DNA of 64,000 nucleotides from NCBI RefSeq assembly GCF_000024405.1, contig NC_013517.1:2757989-2821988 (forward strand). Reading direction: 5' to 3'. The notes under the pieces are model-generated. The model saw nothing but the letters and a program-made list of their open reading frames with translations. It had not been told where the DNA came from and searched no databases. Origin of the DNA: Sebaldella termitidis ATCC 33386. GTDB lineage: Bacteria > Fusobacteriota > Fusobacteriia > Fusobacteriales > Leptotrichiaceae. The position numbers were made by a program, and so were the translations under genes. This document shows positions 9,447 to 19,269 of this stretch, in pieces (positions within the stretch are counted from its first letter, which is position 1; every line of letters begins with the position of its first letter).

Positions 9447-11222
9447 TTAAAATTTTATTCCAAATGTCACATATACCTCATCTTCAGGCTTACTCACATA
9501 ACCCGATGCCTTATCAGGTTTCGTATATGCTATATCAAAATTAAATATTTCCCCGTAATACTTTACTCCTACTGCAAATCCTCTCATATATCCATATCTG
9601 TATATATCATGTACCTCATTATTCCAGCTCTCTCCAAAGTCATAACCTATATATGGCGATATACTCCCTATCTTGGATATATTTAAGTTATATGACAGCT
9701 CATTTTTTACATAATATCCTTTATCCCCCGATATGGAATCTCCTTTATATCCTCTTATTGTATATTCATCTCCCATGCTTATCTTTTCACTTCCATAAAG
9801 TACATCCTGTGTATATTGTCCCACTCCTACCAGTCTATAGGTAAATCTTTGCTTTCCTATTGTCATCGGCTTATACCAGTTTATATTAAGCCCATATTTG
9901 TCAAATCTTCCCTTAGGATCATAGATTTCTTTTTCATGATCATCTGCTGATCTGAACCACGGCAGTCCTCTGTCATACGACACATCAAATCCCAGTATTC
10001 CTCCAAAGAAACCTCTGCTGTAATTTATTCCAAGACTTCCTATTGTCAGTCTCCTGTCCACAAGCTGGACATCTTCAAAGTAATTCTGGTTTGTCTTTAG
10101 CTTTAGTCCTCCGTTTATACTTATCTTACTCATTTTATTCCTATATACCACTTTGTCTGCATTCAGATTAAACTGGGTTGATCTCCCGCTTGTATCATAC
10201 AGTCCGTTATATCCTTCACTGCTGCTTATATAGTACGAATGACTGTAGCCTGTACTGAATGTCCAGTATCTGAACGGAAATGAATAATTCAATGACCAGT
10301 CCTCATTGAACTTTTCCGGTTCCGCTTCTGTATCTGCAGGAAGAAGATCATCCTTATCCTTGATTATCGTTCCCGGCGGTATTGATGACGAGCCTGTATA
10401 ATCATTTCTCAGAGGTCTTTTATTCCTCCCTCTCTGATATGAGGCATAAAAACTGTCATTTATTCCCAAAAGATTATCCTTCGTAATATCTATCTTTGCT
10501 CTGTCTCTTCCTGTTGATTCATCTCCATAGTTATTATATGAGATATTTGCATTAAATGTCCTGGTCTGCTGGTTTTCTATTTGTAGTATAGAGCCTCCTG
10601 CTTCCTGTCCAGGTGCTATTTTTATCTCTACATTATTACTTGATACCCTGTTAAACTGATCTGTAGCTTGTTCTGTATCCTGTAATCTTAATATTCTCTT
10701 CTTATTCTTTGGAACTGACATAAATACCTTCATCCTGTCAGAGAAGGTATTTTCATTAAGACTTGCTCCTTCCACTGTTCCGGGTATTGTTATCAGTCTT
10801 ATTGTTCCCTCACTTAGGTTTTGTGTTTCGTCAAGCCTTACCCTTGTTGTTATATATCCCTTTTCTATATATTTATTATTAAGATCTGTCATAAGCTTAT
10901 TTATATCCTTGGAGCTCAGCTTTCTGTTAATATATTTTCTTGTTACGACTTTTATTTCTACTTTACTTAGAAGATTATATTCGTCCTGTACTTCTATCTT
11001 TCTGATAAAGAACCTTACACTTGTATCAATCTCATCAGTACCGTCTATTATCTGAGGCTCTTTCCCGAAGTTCTCTCTTTCCAGTTCCTTTTGCCTTCTC
11101 TCCAGCTCCTGCTGTCTTCTTTCATTTTCTATTGCAGCATTGTTTCTTTCTATTATATCTCCCACTCCTGCTGAAAATACAATATTCCCCAATAAAAAAA
11201 CTGCTATTATTTTCCTCTTCAT
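9447..11222 (-). CDS. TpsB two-partner-secretion outer-membrane transporter (ShlB/FhaC/HecB family: POTRA domains plus beta-barrel, C-terminal Phe)
   Basis: Signal peptide MKRKIIAVFLLGNIVFSAG and POTRA-like region. Barrel rich in Y/G/S alternation, ending ..VTFGIKF. SD AAGGAG sits 7 nt before the ATG at ~11222. Immediately upstream of tpsA. Confidence 0.8.
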   Translation of the reverse strand: MKRKIIAVFLLGNIVFSAGVGDIIERNNAAIENERRQQELERRQKELERENFGKEPQIIDGTDEIDTSVRFFIRKIEVQDEYNLLSKVEIKVVTRKYINRKLSSKDINKLMTDLNNKYIEKGYITTRVRLDETQNLSEGTIRLITIPGTVEGASLNENTFSDRMKVFMSVPKNKKRILRLQDTEQATDQFNRVSSNNVEIKIAPGQEAGGSILQIENQQTRTFNANISYNNYGDESTGRDRAKIDITKDNLLGINDSFYASYQRGRNKRPLRNDYTGSSSIPPGTIIKDKDDLLPADTEAEPEKFNEDWSLNYSFPFRYWTFSTGYSHSYYISSSEGYNGLYDTSGRSTQFNLNADKVVYRNKMSKISINGGLKLKTNQNYFEDVQLVDRRLTIGSLGINYSRGFFGGILGFDVSYDRGLPWFRSADDHEKEIYDPKGRFDKYGLNINWYKPMTIGKQRFTYRLVGVGQYTQDVLYGSEKISMGDEYTIRGYKGDSISGDKGYYVKNELSYNLNISKIGSISPYIGYDFGESWNNEVHDIYRYGYMRGFAVGVKYYGEIFNFDIAYTKPDKASGYVSKPEDEVYVTFGIKF

Positions 11223-11390
11223 TTTTTTCTCCTTTAAAAAAAATAACAAATAAACGAGATACTTAGTAATTGTTATTAGTGTTACCCTAATATGTTACTA
11301 TTAATATTTCTTCTATTTGCTATTTTAAAATTAATTTATATTCTTTGATTTTCCTTAGTTAATTGTTATTATACAACAATATATTTATTA

Positions 11391-11419
11391 TTGTCAATTA
11401 TTTTTTACTATTTTGACAA
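11391..11419. promoter_or_regulatory. perfect inverted repeat TTGTCAA-N15-TTGACAA upstream of tpsB, candidate operator
   Basis: Seen directly. Shares the ATTGTCAATT core with the palindrome at 12235-12249. Confidence 0.35.
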
Positions 11420-11439
11420 TAAGTACCTAATCTTTTTGT

Positions 11440-11475
11440 AATAAAAAAGGACAGTATTCTTTTAAATACTGTCTG
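11440..11475 (-). terminator. rho-independent terminator after the OMP gene 11505-12179
   Basis: Minus strand: gacagtat-loop-atactgtc 8-bp stem followed by a TTTTTT run. Confidence 0.65.
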
Positions 11476-11504
11476 AATCCATTAATTAATCATTATCTGA
11501 TATC

Positions 11505-12179
11505 TTAAAAATTAAACTGATATCCAAATGATAAAGTTAGTTTCTGTATATCAAAATCATAGTCATAGCTAAAGCCTTCTTTATCCTCATAATTATATAT
11601 TTTTTCTTCAGCTTTCGAATGTGTTATATCGTATGTCAAATCCACTAAAAAGTTTTTATACTCTACTCCAAATCCTAATCCATAAAATATACCATTTTTC
11701 ATTTCTGACTTATATTCTTCCACTAATTTTCCGCTATAAAAATTATTTAAATTTACACTCGTATCACCTGAATTAATTGAATATCCTAAGTTAACCTTAA
11801 TATATGGATTAATATCCGTAGAATTTCTAAAAACATATCTTGCAGTTACATACAGCGGTATACTAGATAAATTACCAGAATCATAACTGTAGTCTATATT
11901 TTCATTTGTAGCCCTCACATTTCCAGGCTGATCCAAGCTGCTTAGTCTATATTCTAGACCCGCACCTATTTGAAAATTAGTTAATACTTCTCTTCTGTAT
12001 TCAACACCAAAATGAAATCCATTTTCTACAAATTTGTCCAAGTCATATTCAGAATAAATATCTTTATCAAAATTAGTAGTACTTGTCAAATCATAACCTC
12101 CTCTGATTTCAATTATGTTCCCCTCTGCATATGCCAGCGAACCGGCTAATATTCCAATAATCAGCAATATTTTTTTCAT
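11505..12179 (-). CDS. small outer-membrane beta-barrel protein (OmpW/OmpA-like beta-barrel family), C-terminal F
   Basis: Signal peptide MKKILLIIGILAGSLAYA. Alternating aromatic beta-strands. Ends ..FGYQFNF. Confidence 0.6.
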   Translation of the reverse strand: MKKILLIIGILAGSLAYAEGNIIEIRGGYDLTSTTNFDKDIYSEYDLDKFVENGFHFGVEYRREVLTNFQIGAGLEYRLSSLDQPGNVRATNENIDYSYDSGNLSSIPLYVTARYVFRNSTDINPYIKVNLGYSINSGDTSVNLNNFYSGKLVEEYKSEMKNGIFYGLGFGVEYKNFLVDLTYDITHSKAEEKIYNYEDKEGFSYDYDFDIQKLTLSFGYQFNF

Positions 12180-12234
12180 TATTCCTCCTAATATTAATTA
12201 TTTTTTCAATAAATTATTAGTATCATAGATTTAT

Positions 12235-12249
12235 ACAATTGTCAATTGT
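12235..12249. promoter_or_regulatory. palindrome ACAATTG-T-CAATTGT ~55 bp upstream of the OMP gene
   Basis: Seen directly. Related to the 11391-11419 inverted repeat. Confidence 0.3.
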
Positions 12250-12698
12250 TTTATTATTTTAAATATAATAATTTTCTTATCATATCAATTCAATACTTTA
12301 ACTTAAATGACACTTTTCATAAATAAAAAAAGGGAATCTCCACAACTTTAAAAGAAAATTATTTTACAAATTCTTTCTATTTTTATATTGCTATCATCTA
12401 TTTAAATTACCCTGTTATAATTTTTTATTTCATTTTCTCTCAACCTAATTTTGTGATGTTCATTTTTTAATAGATAAGGAGCTTTCACTCTTCATTCATA
12501 TCTCATATCTATCAAAATTTGTTATCTTATCTATTTTACTTAATTCAAATACATTAAATTTAAATTTACTTTCCTTACTAATAAAAAAAGAACCTAATAT
12601 GCATTGCTACATATTAAGTCCTCTTGGGTCTCTTACAGATTGAAAAATATTCTTAATAATATTCTTGCACTATATTTAATTTATATGTTTCCCTATTA

Positions 12699-13268
12699 TC
12701 AATACAATCCCAGTGAATCAATTACTGAAAATAAAGTAAGTAACAAATCCTCATTTTTGTCTGTTGCAAGATCCCAATAACCATATTCTTTATCCATATA
12801 AACTTTTATTATTTTGTCCTTTATTATCCCTTTAGATTTTATATTATCTTGTAAAAGTTTCTGAACTTTCTTATCGTAAATATCAGCAGCTTCCTCAGTT
12901 TCTTCATCTAATTCTTCTTGGAATTTTATCATAAAATTTTCTGACTCTTCCTGTGATACATTCTCATATACTTTATATTCTACCTTTACAGTTAATTCAC
13001 TTATGTCTTTTTTTTCTTTTACATCTATAACTTTGTATTTATGTTCTTTTAACATAGGACGTGCTTTTGCAAATATTGCTTCTGCAGCGTCTGTTATGTT
13101 CCCCGCTACTCTACTCATTTCAGTATCATTTTTTAACTTTTCATAATTACCATCTAAAATAAATTGTATACTTTTATCAAAAACTCTTTTTGATTCATAC
13201 TTATCCAAATTTTCACTAAACCCAAAACTTGTTAATAGTACTAATAATACTATTAGAACTTTCTTCAT
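12699..13268 (-). CDS. hypothetical secreted protein (signal peptide, acidic, 189 aa)
   Basis: ORF with N-terminal signal peptide MKKVLIVLLVLLTSFGFS. Confidence 0.5.
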   Translation of the reverse strand: MKKVLIVLLVLLTSFGFSENLDKYESKRVFDKSIQFILDGNYEKLKNDTEMSRVAGNITDAAEAIFAKARPMLKEHKYKVIDVKEKKDISELTVKVEYKVYENVSQEESENFMIKFQEELDEETEEAADIYDKKVQKLLQDNIKSKGIIKDKIIKVYMDKEYGYWDLATDKNEDLLLTLFSVIDSLGLY

Positions 13269-13350
13269 ATTCCCTCCATATTATTTTTTTTATATATTCT
13301 AACATATATAGAATAAATAAACATTCTTATTTTTTATATCATTTTTATAA

Positions 13351-13755
13351 TTAGTCTATTAATTCTAATACTCCTTTTCGAATATCTTCTATTTGATAAA
13401 CTCCATTTTTATCTTTAAATATTTTTATATAATTTACACAATCTCCTCTTGGATCTCCTTTTGTTGGAATATTACATTTTACTACTTCAAAAGTTTTAGA
13501 ATCTATTTCTTTTATAATTTTCCCTTGATAATAAACATGATTTTTATCTTTCGCAAAATGTGCATTTAATTTCACACTTCCGTCCAAGTCTTCAAAAGTT
13601 TCTAAGTCTACATCTTTTAATTCTTGTTTTACCTTTAGATCTTGTTTCCAAAATATTTTACCATTCTCTATTTTATATTCTGATGCTGAACAACAAGAGA
13701 TTCCTAATTGAAAAAATATAGGAAGACTAATTAAAATCAATAATTTATTTCTCAT
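13351..13755 (-). CDS. DKNYY-family lipoprotein/secreted protein
   Basis: Signal peptide plus motif ..AKDKNHVYYQGK...FKDKNGVYQIED, the DKNYY-family signature common in Fusobacterium. Confidence 0.6.
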   Translation of the reverse strand: MRNKLLILISLPIFFQLGISCCSASEYKIENGKIFWKQDLKVKQELKDVDLETFEDLDGSVKLNAHFAKDKNHVYYQGKIIKEIDSKTFEVVKCNIPTKGDPRGDCVNYIKIFKDKNGVYQIEDIRKGVLELID

Positions 13756-14192
13756 TTATTACCTCCCTCATTTATATGTAATTTTTCAATCTTTTCTATA
13801 TATTCCTTTGCATTTTCTGGAACACTATAACAGCCATAAAATATAGTAACCTCTCCATTAAGTTTATTTTTTAATTCTTTATATTTTTTACTATTTTTCT
13901 CATAAATACCTTGTAAAACTACTATTCTTCCTGCATTAGTTTTGGAATTTTCAAACACCTTTTCTAATAATTGTTCTGAATTAGTTTGCTTAAGTAACAC
14001 ATTCAAATATATATTGTAAAAATCATAACCTAAGCTGTCTGCTTCTACTAATTCTTGATATGCTTCTTCCACTGTTATTTCAGAATTCAATAAATCTTCC
14101 TTATGTTTTTGCCACTCCTTCATATCAATCTTTGAAAAACCAAATTGAAATAATATAAATACTCCTGCTAAAATCATTAACTTTCTTATCAC
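13752..14192 (-). CDS. hypothetical secreted protein, start overlaps the previous gene's stop
   Basis: Signal peptide MIRKLMILAGVFILFQFGFS. 4-nt overlap with 13351-13755. Confidence 0.5.
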   Translation of the reverse strand: MIRKLMILAGVFILFQFGFSKIDMKEWQKHKEDLLNSEITVEEAYQELVEADSLGYDFYNIYLNVLLKQTNSEQLLEKVFENSKTNAGRIVVLQGIYEKNSKKYKELKNKLNGEVTIFYGCYSVPENAKEYIEKIEKLHINEGGNK

Positions 14193-14796
14193 TTAAAACC
14201 TCCTAAGATAATTTTTTATATTATAACATAGTTTTTAATTCTAGACTAAACATTCAATTTTTATTATCCAAAATTCTTATACCCTTTAAAAGCTTCAAAA
14301 TAATTAATATAAATCTCTTTATGCTCTATAAGCAACTTATATTTATATCCACGAGCCAAGAAATGTAACCTCGGGGAAATAAAATTACAAAATATAAAAA
14401 ATTTATTATTACTACATATGTGATTATTGTAGCAGAAGACTTAATGTAGAAAAAGCAGAACCTATTGTTATAAATAATATTTTGAAATTAGATGATAAAG
14501 ATACTGGATAAAGATACTCTTCTTATGTCTGATTTACTTGAAGGAATACTCCCTATAAAAGATATAGAAAATTTAAAAGATAAGCAGAATTGAAAAAGAA
14601 AATAGAAAAAGAAGCTGATAATTCAAATAAAATAATTTCTAAAGAAATAAAAAAAAATTGAATTACCTAAAATTCAACTTAATAATAAACAAATAAATTT
14701 ATTTTTCAGCGACACACCTAATAAACTCAGATATAAAAGAAATAAACAATCTTTAATTCGCTTTCCTTACTTTAACTTAAGTATCCGCTAAAAAAA

Positions 14797-14872
14797 TGGA
14801 GCGGGAGACGAGGGTCGAACTCGCGACATTCAGCTTGGAAGGCTGACGCTCTACCAACTGAGCTACTCCCGC
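14797..14872 (-). tRNA. tRNA-Gly (anticodon UCC), CCA encoded
   Basis: Reverse complement GCGGGAGTAGCTCAGTTGGTAGAGCGTCAGCCTTCCAAGCTGAATGTCGCGAGTTCGACCCTCGTCTCCCGCTCCA. Cloverleaf with anticodon loop CTTCCAA and T-loop TTCGACC. Confidence 0.9.
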
Positions 14873-14895
14873 AACTATTCTAGTATATCTTATTT

Positions 14896-15891
14896 TTATT
14901 GCTTTGTCAATTGTTTTTTCAGTTCTTCTTTTACTTTCCCTATTACTTTTTCAGGGTTTTCAGCTGTATTAAAACCTGCCGCCTTCTTGTGGCCGCCTCC
15001 GCCGAAACTCATTCCTATCTCATTTACGTCATAGCTGCTTTTGCTTCTCAGACTTCCTTTTACCTTTTCTTCTTTTTCATCTTTCAAAAATAGTGAAGCT
15101 TCTATTCCGACCAGATCAAGAAGTGTTTCTGACATTCCGTCTGTTTCATCTCTGCCTATTTTTAATTCCTCAGCTTTTTTATCCGATAAATAATAATAAG
15201 CAAATTTTAATTCTTTATCTATTTCAAAATTTCTGTATACCTCGCCAAGAAGTCTGGCTTTTCCCAATGTTACACCAAAAAGAACATCAGTTATTTCACT
15301 ATTGTCTATACCTGTCTTAATTAATTCCGAAGATATAAGAAAAGTTTCCGGTGTTACATTACTATGCGTAAAATTTCCCGTATCATTTATTATTCCCAGA
15401 TAAAGAAAGGAAGCTATTTCCTTATCCAGCTCTATATCAAAAAGATCAAGAAATCTATAGATTATCTCTGATGTGGAAGATACATTTTCTACATAGTTTA
15501 TATCAGCATACTTTGTATTGCTTATATGATGATCTATATTTATCATCTTTTTTGCATTTTTTCTAAGTTCAGCTGCATTGCCAATTCTTTCAATGTTGGC
15601 AGAATCTATTGCTATAAGCAGATCAATATTTTCCATTTGAAAATTAGGATAATATTCTACAAGTGCTCTTTCCTTAAAATGTTCCATGAATTTAGGCAGC
15701 TTATCATCCAAAACCAGACGTACATTTTTCATTTTATATATTTTGTCACTGAAATTTTTCTTGTTATATCTGTCCAGTATCAGCATTAGTGCCAAAGCTG
15801 CTCCTATACAGTCTCCGTCAGAATTCACATGTATTGTCAGCACTATGTTTTGTGCTTCTTTTATTTCATCGGCAATCCTTTTCAGCTCCAT
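14896..15891 (-). CDS. nrnA: DHH-family phosphoesterase, bifunctional oligoribonuclease/pAp phosphatase NrnA
   Basis: DHH motif (..INIDHHISN..) and DHHA1 GGGH motif (SFGGGGHKKAAG). Confidence 0.8.
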   Translation of the reverse strand: MELKRIADEIKEAQNIVLTIHVNSDGDCIGAALALMLILDRYNKKNFSDKIYKMKNVRLVLDDKLPKFMEHFKERALVEYYPNFQMENIDLLIAIDSANIERIGNAAELRKNAKKMINIDHHISNTKYADINYVENVSSTSEIIYRFLDLFDIELDKEIASFLYLGIINDTGNFTHSNVTPETFLISSELIKTGIDNSEITDVLFGVTLGKARLLGEVYRNFEIDKELKFAYYYLSDKKAEELKIGRDETDGMSETLLDLVGIEASLFLKDEKEEKVKGSLRSKSSYDVNEIGMSFGGGGHKKAAGFNTAENPEKVIGKVKEELKKQLTKQ

Positions 15892-15917
15892 TTTTTCTCT
15901 CCTTTTTTTATAAACTG

Positions 15918-16784
15918 TTACTCAATAAATCCTTCGCCTAATACCTGATCAGCTTCGGTTATTATTACAAAAGCCTCTTTATCTATCTCTTTTATATAAG
16001 ATTTTAATTCAGAAAGCTTTCTGTTATGAACTACTGTAATGATCATTTTTTTCTCGTCATCTGTAAACATTCCGCTGGCCTTTATAAGGGTTCCGCCAAG
16101 CTCCATATCAGTTATTATGACTTTTTTTATATCCAGATATTTGTCAGAAATAATATATACCATCTTGGCATAGCTTTCACCTTCTGTTATTACATTTACC
16201 ACACGTCCTGTTATAAAAAGACAGATTATGGAATATAGAGCTATCTCCACACCCATTGAAAAGGCTGCTGCCAGTACTACCATCAGATCTGCCAGTGCCA
16301 GTGAGTTCCCAATCGATATTCTGAACAGCTTGTTTATTATACTTGCTATAATTACTGTTCCACCGGTACTTCCTCCCACCTTAATAACTAAGCCTACCCC
16401 GATTCCCGAAATAATCCCGCCATAAATTACAGGAAGCATAAGATCACCGGTCTCACCGTTTTCATGCAGAAGTCCCTCTGTCCCCAGTATTTTTATAAGT
16501 ATATATGTAAAAAATATTAAAAGTCCTATACTTAATATTGTCTTATATCCGTATCTTTTCCCGAACATTTTCATTGATATCAATATAAGCGGAATATTAA
16601 TTACTGCTGTTGTAATAACCGGACTTATCTTAAACAGATGAAACACAATTGTCGCTACTCCTGAAACCCCTCCCGGAGATATTTTTGCGGGCAGCAAAAA
16701 ATGTATCGTTGCATATGCCGTCAAAAAATTCCCCAATACCAGAAAAAATATTGTATATGTTTTTTTCAAAATTCCCTCTTTCAA
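15918..16784 (-). CDS. YitT-family membrane protein (DUF161/DUF2179)
   Basis: Multi-pass membrane N-terminal region plus C-terminal DUF2179-like domain. 4-nt overlap with the upstream hprK. Confidence 0.65.
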   Translation of the reverse strand: MKEGILKKTYTIFFLVLGNFLTAYATIHFLLPAKISPGGVSGVATIVFHLFKISPVITTAVINIPLILISMKMFGKRYGYKTILSIGLLIFFTYILIKILGTEGLLHENGETGDLMLPVIYGGIISGIGVGLVIKVGGSTGGTVIIASIINKLFRISIGNSLALADLMVVLAAAFSMGVEIALYSIICLFITGRVVNVITEGESYAKMVYIISDKYLDIKKVIITDMELGGTLIKASGMFTDDEKKMIITVVHNRKLSELKSYIKEIDKEAFVIITEADQVLGEGFIE

Positions 16785-18598
16785 AATTTTCCTCCTATTT
16801 CCAGCCTTTTCCCCTTATAATCCAAGGCTACTGCTTCTACCAGTGTGGCAGTATTTCTCCCTGTATTTATATGTATTATTTTCTTTACTATTTCTTTTTC
16901 CAAAAAACTTTCTGTAAGTGTCAGGTTTCCTATAAATTCACTTGCTTCATCCTCTACTATTTCCACTACCATATTTATAGATTTGCTCTCTTTTACCGCA
17001 CCTATCCCATAAAGAGATTTCACATTAACGATTCCTACTCCTCTTAATTCCATGAAATACGGTATTTCCCCGCAATATCCCTTTAGAATTTTATCAGGTG
17101 TAAGCACTATTTCCACTCTGTCATCTGCTATAAGCCGATGCCCTCTTGTTACCAGTTCCAATCCTGTTTCACTTTTTCCGACACCGCTTTTTCCTGTAAT
17201 CAATACTCCCAGCCCGTATATTTCCATTAAAACACCATGGACTGTAGTGTGCGGTGAAACCTCAAATTCAAGCAGATCCTCTGCCAGATCCAGAGTTATA
17301 TTGAATTCATCTGTATTCTCATATAAATTTATATTTTTCATTTCACAATATTTCAAAATTTCATTTTTTACAGAGCTTTCTTTATTTATTAAAATACCGC
17401 TTATTTTTCTTTCAAAATATTTCTCCAGTATTTTAGTTCTCTCAGTATCTGAAAATTTTTCCAGACGAACAGATATATCCTCATCAAAAACATGAAGCCT
17501 GTCTATGCCGTTTTGCAGATCTGATGCTTCAAATACGGGATAATATAATACCGGACTGTCAATAAAAAGTTCACTTTCTTTACCTGCTATTTTCTTTAAT
17601 CCGGCTTTATTTTCAAAAGTTTCTATAAGAAAAAGTTTCTTATCTGAAATTTTTTCAGCCCTCATTTTATTTCTCCCAATCAGCTTTTTAGTTTCATCGA
17701 AAAAGGTCATTGAAGAATTTTCTCCCATTGATTTCAATCTGTGGTTTAACGCCACAGCTTCCACTATTACCGAAAGACTTCTTCCAGTTTTTATGGGAAC
17801 AATGGTTTTAGGTATATTTATATCCAGTATTTTTTCAAATTCCTCATCCAGCCCTAAGCGTTCAAATTTCTTTTTAGGCGACCAGTTCTCCAGTATAAGA
17901 AGCATATCTATCCTTTTACTTCTTCTTCCTACTGCAGTTCCAAAATTTTTTAAAATATCAAACTCCACTCCGCTGGTCATTTTTAATATATATTTACTGT
18001 AATCATTTATCATATTTTTTCCGAATATTTCATTACTTTGATACTTTATTACTCTTACACCGTTATTTGAAATAAAACTGTGTTTTTTCTTTATGAGCTC
18101 CAAAACCAATGAATTTCGAAGGTTTTTATCACCCTGTATCAAAACTCCCATTCCAAATATTTCCAAAAATAATGTATTTTCCAGAACAGTTTCCTGTCTC
18201 ATTTTCTTCCTGATAACTTTTTTCAAACTTCTGTTTATTTCCTGAAAACCTGCTGCTGTTCTTAATATCACACAATCTGTGTTCTCCGCTTTTACGAAAC
18301 TCATAATTTCACTGATATTTATTCCGTCAGATAAAATTATAAAGACCGGAGAAGTTCCAAAGTAATTTTTCAGCTTTCTTTTTCTCTCTTCAGCGTTCTC
18401 TTTTTTTAGATATTCAAGCTCTTCATTTCCCATGATATTAATACAGTTATTATTCCCAGATATTGCATCTGATACTAAGTTCCCAAGCATTTTCTGAATT
18501 TTTGGAGCAGTAATTTTCATATCTTTCAGCTCACAGTTTTTGTATACTTCTTCCAGAGCGAGATATTTTCTTATCTCCAGTGCAGAAATTTCTACCAT
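16781..18598 (-). CDS. hprK: HPr(Ser) kinase/phosphorylase, unusual 605-aa form with a tandem HprK-like architecture
   Basis: C-terminal half has Walker A GKSGVGKSETG and the HprK signature ..LVEAVALDYKGKRL. The N-terminal half repeats the fold with a degenerate P-loop (GMGVLIQGDKNLRNS) and ..IVEAVALNHRL. Confidence 0.8.
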   Translation of the reverse strand: MVEISALEIRKYLALEEVYKNCELKDMKITAPKIQKMLGNLVSDAISGNNNCINIMGNEELEYLKKENAEERKRKLKNYFGTSPVFIILSDGINISEIMSFVKAENTDCVILRTAAGFQEINRSLKKVIRKKMRQETVLENTLFLEIFGMGVLIQGDKNLRNSLVLELIKKKHSFISNNGVRVIKYQSNEIFGKNMINDYSKYILKMTSGVEFDILKNFGTAVGRRSKRIDMLLILENWSPKKKFERLGLDEEFEKILDINIPKTIVPIKTGRSLSVIVEAVALNHRLKSMGENSSMTFFDETKKLIGRNKMRAEKISDKKLFLIETFENKAGLKKIAGKESELFIDSPVLYYPVFEASDLQNGIDRLHVFDEDISVRLEKFSDTERTKILEKYFERKISGILINKESSVKNEILKYCEMKNINLYENTDEFNITLDLAEDLLEFEVSPHTTVHGVLMEIYGLGVLITGKSGVGKSETGLELVTRGHRLIADDRVEIVLTPDKILKGYCGEIPYFMELRGVGIVNVKSLYGIGAVKESKSINMVVEIVEDEASEFIGNLTLTESFLEKEIVKKIIHINTGRNTATLVEAVALDYKGKRLEIGGKF

Positions 18599-18694
18599 TT
18601 TATTCTCCTAGCTTTTTATCCGGCTCAAATATTAAAGTAACATATGACTGTTCATGTCAGATTTTATTTATATCTTTCCAACCCAGATAAAATA

Positions 18695-19252
18695 CTACTT
18701 TTGATTTATTATCTGATAACTGTAATTCTTAACCTTTTCCTTCAGTTTTTCCAAATCTTCATTTGAAGATACAGTCTTGGAAATAATAATATAGACTTCT
18801 TTTCCGCTGCTTGTTTTGCTGTTTCTTATTTTAAAGTCACCGTCTAATTTTTTAAGTGCTTCGTCTGCATCAGTTTTTTTATTATATGTTGCTACTCTGA
18901 TATAGGCCTTTGTCTTAGCTTCAGTACTTTCTTCCTTTGGTTTCGGCGTTTCTTCCGGAGCAGCTTCTGTACTCTCAGGCTGATTTTCTGCCGGAACAGC
19001 TTCCGGAGTGTTTTCAGCATTATTTTTATCTGCTTCTGTTTTCTCCGCCTGAACTTCCTGTATCTGTTCACCTTCTGCAATAGGTGCTTTTTCAGAGTCC
19101 TGATAAAAATCATCTCTTCTTATTTTTAACTTCGAAACAATATCATTTGTTACTTCTTTACGCTGCTTAAAAAATCCATATGTAAGATAAAATACATATG
19201 TAAGAAATATCAAAAAGATAAAAAAACTTAAGAACCCATTGTTTCTTCTCAT
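18695..19252 (-). CDS. SPOR-domain protein (N-terminal TM segment, proline/glutamate-rich linker, C-terminal SPOR domain)
   Basis: C-terminal ..AYIRVATYNKKTDADEALKKL...KEVYIIIS SPOR-like fold signature. Likely start at the internal Met (MRRNNGFLSFF). Confidence 0.6.
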   Translation of the reverse strand: MRRNNGFLSFFIFLIFLTYVFYLTYGFFKQRKEVTNDIVSKLKIRRDDFYQDSEKAPIAEGEQIQEVQAEKTEADKNNAENTPEAVPAENQPESTEAAPEETPKPKEESTEAKTKAYIRVATYNKKTDADEALKKLDGDFKIRNSKTSSGKEVYIIISKTVSSNEDLEKLKEKVKNYSYQIINQK

Positions 19253-19269
19253 ATTCTCTCCCGATTTTT

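Noticed and set aside
14899-16425. Plus-strand ORFs antisense to nrnA and yitT (14899-15093, 15526-15789, 16228-16425)
   Set aside because: Antisense to genes with strong motif support. F/L/I-rich low complexity.
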